Shown: positions 18,547-26,411 of the stretch, piece by piece
Layout of the letters: each line of letters starts with the position of its first letter
Position numbering within the stretch: the first letter of the stretch is position 1
Virus record (IMG/VR): IMGVR_UViG_3300017971_000250
Location: 20,920-84,919 of that record
Reading direction: 5' to 3' (one strand)
Source of the DNA: a virus
DNA length: 64,000 bases
Translations under genes and position numbers: made by a program
Notes under the pieces: generated by a model
Told to the model about the DNA's origin: nothing
Seen by the model: only the letters and a program-made list of their open reading frames with translations
The model's database searches: none

Positions 18547-18897
18547 CTAGTTTCCCCTTCCCGCCCCGGGAGGTGCGGGGGTCTTCCTGCCATCACCAGA
18601 CGGACCGTCCTTCTTGGCGGCTGCGTCAATGCGATTTAGCTCCTTGAGCACCATCGCTTCGCAGACCTCCCGACCGCCGAGGATCTTGAGGTGGCGTTCC
18701 TGGATCTGTGCCAGGCGCGCCTGGAGCGCGCGCACCTCATTCTCGATCGCTGGCTCCTTCTCGATTAGCTCGTACCATTGAGCAACGAGCGACTTCAGCG
18801 TTTCGTTCGGCTGGTTGTCCTGCCTTTGCAGAACGGCTAGCAGCCGGTCGTCGCGCAGGATCGTTCTTGCCATCTGCTGTGGCTGATTTCGGTCCAT
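18547..18897 (-). CDS. Hypothetical coiled-coil protein
   Basis: RBS GGAGAGGAG; follows the tailspike. Confidence 0.65.
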   Translation of the reverse strand: MDRNQPQQMARTILRDDRLLAVLQRQDNQPNETLKSLVAQWYELIEKEPAIENEVRALQARLAQIQERHLKILGGREVCEAMVLKELNRIDAAAKKDGPSGDGRKTPAPPGAGRGN

Positions 18898-18914
18898 GAC
18901 TTCTCCTCTCCTTG

Positions 18915-21900
18915 TTATGGGACGATCGCGTTCAGCGTAGCGTCGCCGATCGACCCGGTTCCAGAAACGCTCAACGACCCGTCGAGTATGTTACCAATGA
19001 CCGTGCAGTATGCGCCGGTCGAGGTGATATCGTTCATGTAGGCACCACCAATGCAGCAGTTGCCGGTGATCGAGCAGTAATTCCCGTCGTTGTAGATCGC
19101 GTCGGTACCGCTCGCCGTTCCGTGGTTTCCCGTGATCGTCGTATTCTGGCACGTGTTGTAGATAAACTTTCCGGCTGCGATGTAGCCGCTGTTTCCCGCA
19201 ATCGTCAGACCGTGATCCGTCGAGTAGTTGGTTTCGATTCCCCTTGTCAGGGTGCCGGTCCCGGTGATGTTGATATAGTTGTCACGAATGAACGCGTGGC
19301 CAGCGGTCAGTCGGATTCCGTATATCGTCTCCCCACTAGATGCGCTGCCGGTAAACTTGCAATCACTGATGTGCGTGTAGGTCGCGCCCGTCACGATGAC
19401 CCCGCCTTGGGTTCCGCCCACACCGGTGACCGACGACTCGCACTTGCTAATATGCACAGTCTCGGCATTTGCGATTTGTGCAAAGATGCGGGCCGTGTTC
19501 GATTCACAATCGCGGATCGTGATAGTAGACGTGCCCCCTTCGATATTGAAGATCGTCGGAGTGACCGAGCCCGTGTTCCAGTAGAAGCGACAGTCCTCAA
19601 CTAGGAGCCGGTGGAATTGGTAGGAAGCAGTGTCGGACCGGAAAACGGTCACGCCCGCAGGGTCCGTCATGCAATTAGAGAAGCGGCAATCGCTCACACG
19701 CAGGTTGTAGATCGATCCGCCGTAGGCTCCAACGAAGGTGCGCCACGGATAATCGTTGTAGCGATTCAGAATCCGACAGTGAAGAAACGCGATGTCCCAC
19801 GTTGCCGTTCCAACATAGAAGAGGTTGCTGTTCACATACGATCCCGTGTGCTCGTAGACAAACGTCAGGTCGCGGAAGGTGATGTTGGTGACGGACGGAG
19901 AGCCCTGCGTTCTGAAAAGCCAGCTCGGCGTGCCCGTCCCTTCCCAAATAATCGCGGCGGTGCCGAAGTCCGATTCGGTCCCGTATCCCCACCAGGCCGA
20001 CTCGTCGGCGTGGCCAACACCCCGGATCGTCAATCCCGAGTGCTCGGGCCGGAGGTCGTAGCCGCCGAGGCCGGTGAGGTCCGTCGTACCGACGATCACG
20101 ATTTCAATTTCCGGCCACTCCATTGACGTCAATTGCGCCCGGACGTCGCGCACCCAATTGAGCGCCTCGAATAGGTTAGCGAAGTCGCAAAGCGAATCTG
20201 GATCCGCCGAGGAGCCGACCGTGACGACGTGCCGCCGCCCGACGGTGCCGATGAACGGCCGCCCTGAACGAAGATCGGTCACCGCCGAACTGTCCGTAAC
20301 CGCCGCCCCCAGGACGAGCGTATCTCCGGCTGCCGGGTAGGCGGTCGCCTGCGTCGTCGTGGAGGTGATCGTCCCCGCGTTGGTGATGTAGATGTAGTTG
20401 GTCTGGTTCGTTGCGAGCGTAAGCTCCGTCGTGCCCGAATAGGTGTACCGTACCCCGTTCACAATCGCCGAGCCCGTGTTGACCGTGACCTTCGGGGGGC
20501 TGCTGCCAGTGATCGAAAGCGCGAGGTCGTTTAGATTTTCCTGGACGCCCGATACCCGAAGCCCCGCAGACGCGGTGCGGATTTCATCGATCGCCCCGAG
20601 CAACGACTGCGCGCCGGTATTGAGCTGCGTCCCTCCGGTTTCACTGTTGCTGCTTAGCGGGATCCCCGCGCTCGGAGTGATGTACTGATCGTCGAGATAG
20701 AGCGGACCGGCTCCAGTGTCACCACGGAGCTTTGCTGGAGAGCCGCGCATGAGGATTTCGCCGTCCTCGATGCGGAGACCGCCACGCCCCACTCCGGTGT
20801 TCCGAATCCAGAAGTAGCGTTCACTTGGGTCGGAAATCTGCGCGACCAGGTAACGCAACGTGTTGTCGTAGTACATCTCCCAATAGCCACTGTTCCCGTA
20901 GAAAAATAGTGGTGGCGAACTCCCCGAAGGATTGATTCCGAGGAAAATCGGTCCGTCGGTCTTGATCCCAAAGACGCCACCGCCGCCATCGTTGCGCACT
21001 TCGAGATAGCTCTCTCCGCCGACCGCGTCGTTGCGGCGGATCGTGATACCGCTGCTCTCCGCATAGATTTCACGGTCAATGCTACTTGCCGCAAAGATGA
21101 TTTTACCGCCCGGGTCGGCCTCGTCGTCGTCGCCGATGTAGAGGTTCGACCAGCGATCGTAGGGGGCCGAGTCGGTTTTCTCCCCCGCATGAAGCCGTAG
21201 CTGCGACCAAAGCTCCATCGTATCGGTGCTCGGGTCGTCGCCGACCTCCGTGCTCCCGAGCACGATTTCGACGTCGGTGATTGTCTCCGAGCCGCCAACG
21301 ACTAGGTCGCCGCTCATCGTGACGTCGCCGTCCTTGTCAACTTTGAAGACCGGCGTTCCCCCGGTATCGAGCACGCTGATCTGACGCTGGTCCGCCGCCT
21401 CCCCCGCGTAGACCTGGACCGCGACCTTGGCGTGTGCGTTGACCGGGTCGTACTCGATGAAGTCCTGCGCGAAGATGGCCAGGTCGCCGTGGAGGTTCTG
21501 GAGCGACAAATCGATCGAGGAGATTGTATTGCCGCTGGCCGCCGCCGTGACCTCGGCGAGGTACACGACTCCCGCGACCCCAGTAAGGTCCTGGACCGCC
21601 TTGCGTTTGATCTTCGGGCCGATCAGCAGCACCCGGTAGTCGGCAGCCGTCGTTGACGGGGAGTCCTGGCCTAGATGCGCCGTCGTGAGGATCGAGTTGT
21701 TCGGGTTGCTGTAAGTGACCGCAACCTCCTCGAAGGCCACGTCAGCGTCCTGGCTCTGCGGCCCCGGGCCGCCGTCCTGGACCGACTTCAACCAGACCCG
21801 CACCGTGCGTCCGGAGTGATCGTAGCCTGACTCCAGGAGCGAATTGACCGTCACCCGGAGGCCGCCGCCTTCGACCGCGACCGAATCCGGGGTGCCGAGC

Positions 21901-22310
21901 ACGCCGATCTCTTCCTCGAAGTAGTCGTACTCGTACTCGCCAGTGCGCGGGTTCGTGACGACGCCCTGATCAGTCAGGGCGAACTCGAAGCCGAGGTGGT
22001 AGAGGTCGGTTGCCCCGGGGTCGGGCGGGATCTTGATCCCCTGGAGATACGATTCCCCCGCGCTGCCCTCCAGGAGGTGCCCGTCGCCATCAGTGCTAGC
22101 GAAGGCCGCAGCCGCCGCGATGTCGACCTTGTTCGGCGAGGCGCTGGCCGCGACGGTGACCTGCGTGTCGAACGCGCCGTCGCTCCGAAAGATTCTGCTC
22201 AGGGCGCTCTCGACCGCCCCGGCCGTGTAGTCGAGAACGCGGTCGCGCCAATCCTCCAGCGAGAGGATTCGCTTATTGAACATGTGGACCTTTTTGCTAC
22301 CAGTCGCCAT
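18915..22310 (-). CDS. Tail fibre/tailspike with C-terminal beta-helix
   Basis: 1131 aa, follows the baseplate wedge genes; C-terminal ITGN/ISDC/IRDC repeats typical of parallel beta-helices. Confidence 0.75.
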   Translation of the reverse strand: MATGSKKVHMFNKRILSLEDWRDRVLDYTAGAVESALSRIFRSDGAFDTQVTVAASASPNKVDIAAAAAFASTDGDGHLLEGSAGESYLQGIKIPPDPGATDLYHLGFEFALTDQGVVTNPRTGEYEYDYFEEEIGVLGTPDSVAVEGGGLRVTVNSLLESGYDHSGRTVRVWLKSVQDGGPGPQSQDADVAFEEVAVTYSNPNNSILTTAHLGQDSPSTTAADYRVLLIGPKIKRKAVQDLTGVAGVVYLAEVTAAASGNTISSIDLSLQNLHGDLAIFAQDFIEYDPVNAHAKVAVQVYAGEAADQRQISVLDTGGTPVFKVDKDGDVTMSGDLVVGGSETITDVEIVLGSTEVGDDPSTDTMELWSQLRLHAGEKTDSAPYDRWSNLYIGDDDEADPGGKIIFAASSIDREIYAESSGITIRRNDAVGGESYLEVRNDGGGGVFGIKTDGPIFLGINPSGSSPPLFFYGNSGYWEMYYDNTLRYLVAQISDPSERYFWIRNTGVGRGGLRIEDGEILMRGSPAKLRGDTGAGPLYLDDQYITPSAGIPLSSNSETGGTQLNTGAQSLLGAIDEIRTASAGLRVSGVQENLNDLALSITGSSPPKVTVNTGSAIVNGVRYTYSGTTELTLATNQTNYIYITNAGTITSTTTQATAYPAAGDTLVLGAAVTDSSAVTDLRSGRPFIGTVGRRHVVTVGSSADPDSLCDFANLFEALNWVRDVRAQLTSMEWPEIEIVIVGTTDLTGLGGYDLRPEHSGLTIRGVGHADESAWWGYGTESDFGTAAIIWEGTGTPSWLFRTQGSPSVTNITFRDLTFVYEHTGSYVNSNLFYVGTATWDIAFLHCRILNRYNDYPWRTFVGAYGGSIYNLRVSDCRFSNCMTDPAGVTVFRSDTASYQFHRLLVEDCRFYWNTGSVTPTIFNIEGGTSTITIRDCESNTARIFAQIANAETVHISKCESSVTGVGGTQGGVIVTGATYTHISDCKFTGSASSGETIYGIRLTAGHAFIRDNYINITGTGTLTRGIETNYSTDHGLTIAGNSGYIAAGKFIYNTCQNTTITGNHGTASGTDAIYNDGNYCSITGNCCIGGAYMNDITSTGAYCTVIGNILDGSLSVSGTGSIGDATLNAIVP

Positions 22311-22322
22311 AGCTCCACCTCT

Positions 22323-23510
22323 CTACCCGCAGAAGCTGCTGGAGGTCGTGATCCCGTCTGGACCGTGGATCGCCCATCGTAGCGGCCGCCTCCAAACCTC
22401 CATGTTATCAATCTGATTGTTCTCCGTCGACCCCGCGCTGTTCCCGATGTAGATGGTTCCGTAGCGCAGGGACGTCGATTCGCCGCCCGACGGCGACTCG
22501 TACTGCAACACATCGTCAATGTAGACTTTCAGATACGGCGCGGGGTCGTTGATCGTCTCGATGCGTAGCTTGTAGAAAGCCCCCGGGACAATCGTGATTC
22601 CGCCAATCGCGTCTCCCGAGTAGATCGTTGTGGGGATGCCGGTTGCCCACCTTCGGATGATAATCTGCGGGGACGTGTCGGTGATCTGAATCGAGAGCAG
22701 CGAACTGCCCGAGAGCCTGTACCAGCAGACGAGATGGTCGTTTCCCGTCACCCCGAGCAGAAATTTGTGAACGATGGTGTAGTCCTGCAATTCGGTCACC
22801 GGGACGATCTCGATATTCGGTTCGTAGAAGCTCCCCGGGACGATATTGAAAACGCCGCCTTCAATGTAGGAGAGCGTCCCCGTTCGACGCGTCCATCGGT
22901 CCAACGACCCGCTGAAGGTATCGAGGAAGTCCATCAGGACCGCCTCGATGTACTCGTTCGTCGGGCGCATCAAGCCGATCAGATCCAGCAGCAGGATTTC
23001 GTCGATCGTGCCGTTGTCCATGATGCGTATCGTGGAGACGAACGGACTGCGTGGCGGGGTCTCGCTCGTGATAATCCAGGGATCCGTGCCGATCTGATCG
23101 AGCCCGATCTGCGTTTCCCCGACGACGAAGCGGTAGTCAAACCAGTCCTGGTACATCGGCGTGCGCCCGGTGAATTGGATCCCGAGTGAAACGACACCCT
23201 GCCCCGTCCCCTTCTGCCGCCAGAACGGGACGGCCGTGTCGACCAGCTTTCGAAGCGTGGCGACGCTGAGCCGGTCCGTGATCTCAGCCAGGTCGGCCGT
23301 GAATCCGACGTGCGGCAGCAGATACTTCACCAGCGCGTCCGGGCAGGCCCCGGGGCTGTCGGTATTCTCCAGCGACCGGATCCGCGTTTCGGTTTCGTCG
23401 AAGTGATATTGCGGTCGCTCCAGGAGCGCCTGCAGGAGCCCGCCTCCTAGCTGCTCGTCGAGCGTGCGGAGCGCCAGGATGAGGGAGTCGTATAGGGTCG
23501 GCTTTTCCAT
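22323..23510 (-). CDS. Baseplate wedge protein (P2 gpI-like)
   Basis: CPDALVKYLLPHVG...LRKLV..AVPFWRQKGT; follows baseplate J. Confidence 0.75.
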   Translation of the reverse strand: MEKPTLYDSLILALRTLDEQLGGGLLQALLERPQYHFDETETRIRSLENTDSPGACPDALVKYLLPHVGFTADLAEITDRLSVATLRKLVDTAVPFWRQKGTGQGVVSLGIQFTGRTPMYQDWFDYRFVVGETQIGLDQIGTDPWIITSETPPRSPFVSTIRIMDNGTIDEILLLDLIGLMRPTNEYIEAVLMDFLDTFSGSLDRWTRRTGTLSYIEGGVFNIVPGSFYEPNIEIVPVTELQDYTIVHKFLLGVTGNDHLVCWYRLSGSSLLSIQITDTSPQIIIRRWATGIPTTIYSGDAIGGITIVPGAFYKLRIETINDPAPYLKVYIDDVLQYESPSGGESTSLRYGTIYIGNSAGSTENNQIDNMEVWRRPLRWAIHGPDGITTSSSFCG

Positions 23511-25688
23511 CTAGGCCACCATCGTGAGGGTGATCGTCCCGATTGTCGGTAGCTCGCGCGCCGCCATCACCACGTCCGACGCGGGAGCCGTGAGCACGAC
23601 GTTTCGTGGATACGGGGCCGTGCCCATGATCGCCGCGATGATTCGGCTGCGTGGGATGTCCTCGCCGAAGTCCCACTCGTAGGTCACGCCATCGCTCCTA
23701 AGCGCCCCGGCCGAGAGGAAGGTAGCGAGTGCCGATTCGATCGCCTCCTGCTCGCCGCCGTAGACCGTAGCCGTGACGTCGATCGCGTGTGGGGTGTAGT
23801 TTGAAGCGGTCGCCTCGGTATTCAGGAGCAGCACGCCGCGCGTCGTCCGATCCGCCGTGCCATTGAAGTACTCCTCCAATTCGGTGAGGTAGTCGGTCGG
23901 CACCGTGGAACCGCCCGCGCCCACCACCACCACCTCGACCGTCTTGTCCCCGAAGCTCTCTTCGATCGCGAGCGCCCGCCCGAAGGGCTTGGTGCTGTCT
24001 GCGGCCTCGAAGTCCTTAGTCAACAGCTCGATGTCCTGCGGAGTGACGCCACGCCCCTGAACTCGTAGCTCGGCCGGGCCGGTGATCTTCGCTAGCTCCA
24101 GCCCCGCCTCCGTGGAGCCCTCCGCTACCGCGTAGCCGCTGGCCGCGCGCGGATTCGTGATCGCTCCGAGGTACGCATTACCCGCACGGTTGACCGTGAT
24201 CGTCCCCGCACCAACATTGCCATTCTGCTCTTCGAGCACACGATAGGCGGCGCTGATATTATCGGTCCCCGCATCGGGGGTCTTGCCGTTCGTCCCGTCG
24301 CCGAACTGGATCGTCGCTCGGCCGTCATTGTCAAATATCACCCGGAAGTGCTTGCTCTGATAGGTGGAGTTGATGAAGTTGTCGACCCGCGTCCACGCCT
24401 CGTCACCGCTACCCTCATCGACGTAGACGATCAACGTCACGTCGTCGATCACGGGATAGTTTGCAAACGTGAATTCCTGATTTGCCATCCCGTCCGAGGA
24501 GCCGAGCGGATCCTCAGAGTAGGCTTGTCCCTGCGTCGCGCTCGATAGCAGGTAGCGGTCTCCGGTTGATGGATCATAGGCAGCAAGCGAAGGGATCGAA
24601 CCGCCCGAGGCGCTGATCACCCGGAAGCGGATCCAGTAGGCTTCGACTTGCGCCCCCGTAGGACCAAGCAACAGCTTCTTCCAGTCCAACGTCGTCGTTT
24701 GCGGGAGCGTAAAGGAGAGCGATTTCGTCCCCGTGATCTTGAGCATCCCCGTCTCGTCGACGACGTCGGGGAATTCCTGCCAAAGCGAGCCGACGCTGTA
24801 GTCCTCGGTGTCGGTCGAGATCGTTGCCTGGCCTAGCTTGCCAGCCGTGTCGACCTTGTTGACCCCGCCCGAATAGTAGACCGCGAGGTCGTCCTCGTAG
24901 GCCCCGGTCAGATTGCACTTCACCCGGACGAGTGTGCCTGTGCGATCGCTCGTACCAAGCCAGTCGTTCAATTCGAGCGTGATGTAGGTCGTTTGATCCG
25001 TAACCGAATCGGGGGTTGTGTCTTCGAGGTCGCCGTCATAGTACTCCCAAACGCCCTGCGTGAGGCCGCTAGCGGCGGTGCTGACGTACATCGCCAGCGT
25101 GCTCCAGAGCATATCGGTGTGTCCGAAGTAGAGCAGGTCCCCGGCTTCAGGAGCCCCTGCCCATCCCGGAGTCACCGCCGCGCCGATGGTGTGCGTCGTC
25201 CATGTGCTCGTCGACTCATCATAGGAAAAGATGTCCGTAAGCTCGTCGGTCCGTGCTGTCGCAACATCTGTCAGCACCTCGAATTGGATCCCCTCCGTCT
25301 CGGCGGTCGCCTCAGTCGCAAAGGCGGAGTTGGCGGGGATCACCGTCGTCTGCGCGGTGAACTCGCGCGAAAGCTCGAAGAGTAGATCGGCGACGGCGGG
25401 GTTCGGCTGGTCGAGCGTGACGCCGATCAACGCCAGGTGCGCTGCGACCGAAGTCCGCAGACGCGCGGTCGTGATAAAGCGCTCGCGCGCAACGGCATCG
25501 AGCAGCACGTTGTTGAGGTGTGCCGCCAGTGCGACCGACCGCAGGATCTGGATGTAGGGTTCGGCGGGGTCCTCGTCGTCCAGGTCCGGGAGAGCCGTCC
25601 GGTTGTAGAGGATGAGGTCCTCTAGAATCTCGGGATAGTAGAAGCCCGAATACTCGAAGTCGGGAACTTCAATCGTGACCGATGGCAT
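23511..25688 (-). CDS. Baseplate J-like protein
   Basis: DPAEPYIQIL, ERFITTARLRTSV, LGSSDG..NQEF, IQFGDGTNGKTP, RGVTPQD. Confidence 0.88.
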   Translation of the reverse strand: MPSVTIEVPDFEYSGFYYPEILEDLILYNRTALPDLDDEDPAEPYIQILRSVALAAHLNNVLLDAVARERFITTARLRTSVAAHLALIGVTLDQPNPAVADLLFELSREFTAQTTVIPANSAFATEATAETEGIQFEVLTDVATARTDELTDIFSYDESTSTWTTHTIGAAVTPGWAGAPEAGDLLYFGHTDMLWSTLAMYVSTAASGLTQGVWEYYDGDLEDTTPDSVTDQTTYITLELNDWLGTSDRTGTLVRVKCNLTGAYEDDLAVYYSGGVNKVDTAGKLGQATISTDTEDYSVGSLWQEFPDVVDETGMLKITGTKSLSFTLPQTTTLDWKKLLLGPTGAQVEAYWIRFRVISASGGSIPSLAAYDPSTGDRYLLSSATQGQAYSEDPLGSSDGMANQEFTFANYPVIDDVTLIVYVDEGSGDEAWTRVDNFINSTYQSKHFRVIFDNDGRATIQFGDGTNGKTPDAGTDNISAAYRVLEEQNGNVGAGTITVNRAGNAYLGAITNPRAASGYAVAEGSTEAGLELAKITGPAELRVQGRGVTPQDIELLTKDFEAADSTKPFGRALAIEESFGDKTVEVVVVGAGGSTVPTDYLTELEEYFNGTADRTTRGVLLLNTEATASNYTPHAIDVTATVYGGEQEAIESALATFLSAGALRSDGVTYEWDFGEDIPRSRIIAAIMGTAPYPRNVVLTAPASDVVMAARELPTIGTITLTMVA

Positions 25689-25689
25689 C

Positions 25690-26085
25690 CTACACCTCCA
25701 CCTGCGCGACGCCGCTCAGCGCAGTCGCGTAGAGGATGCTGATTTCCTCCTCGCGCGTCGTTTCGAGATTGACGTAGCGCACCTCGCAGTGAAGCTCCTG
25801 GCTCACCTGATCAGCGGTGAAGATCGGATATCCCTGCGAGAGCCGGGCGCGGCCCTCGCGCTCCAGCCGCTTGAAGAGCGTGGCGATGTTGCGCGAGATT
25901 CGGGCGCGCGTCGTTGGATCGTCGACGTCGAAAACCATCGCCGACCCGATCCCGATATCTTGGAACGGATTGGAGCTTTCGCAATCGGAGAGGTTGAGCA
26001 CGATGACCTTGCGAAGCTGGTCCTCACCCCGGACCGTTTCGAGTCGCCCCGCACTCGCCTGTATTGGTATCCTTAGTCCCTTCAT
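25690..26085 (-). CDS. Baseplate gp25/gpW-like protein
   Basis: Start reassigned to ATG 26085 (TAATG overlap). MKGLRIP...GIGSAMVFD...VRYVNLET; precedes J. Confidence 0.7.
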   Translation of the reverse strand: MKGLRIPIQASAGRLETVRGEDQLRKVIVLNLSDCESSNPFQDIGIGSAMVFDVDDPTTRARISRNIATLFKRLEREGRARLSQGYPIFTADQVSQELHCEVRYVNLETTREEEISILYATALSGVAQVEV

Positions 26086-26411
26086 TATGTCGTCACCGGG
26101 TCGAGGTTCTCGTAGACCTGAAAGGTCTCCCGGCTCGACCACCACTTCCCCGTGGGGAATTCGAGATAGGCTTGCATCTCCCAAGGCCCCGCTTCGTCGA
26201 TATCACCGAGGACCGTCTCGTACTTCAGAATGCCGTCGGTGCCGTCCGTGTCGAACTCGGCCGTCTTCTCGATGATCGTTCCGCCCGGCTTCTTGAACCG
26301 AAACTTCTTGACCGTCGCCGCGCTGATGTTCTGAACGGCACCCTCCTCCATGATCCGGGCCTTGAGAGCGGTCCCGATATCTCCAACGTGGACTTCTTCG
26401 GTTGCGCTCAT
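26085..26411 (-). CDS. BppU-N-like small baseplate/fibre-attachment protein
   Basis: GDIGT...FKKPGG...DGTDGILKY...GDIDEAGPWEMQ. Confidence 0.65.
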   Translation of the reverse strand: MSATEEVHVGDIGTALKARIMEEGAVQNISAATVKKFRFKKPGGTIIEKTAEFDTDGTDGILKYETVLGDIDEAGPWEMQAYLEFPTGKWWSSRETFQVYENLDPVTT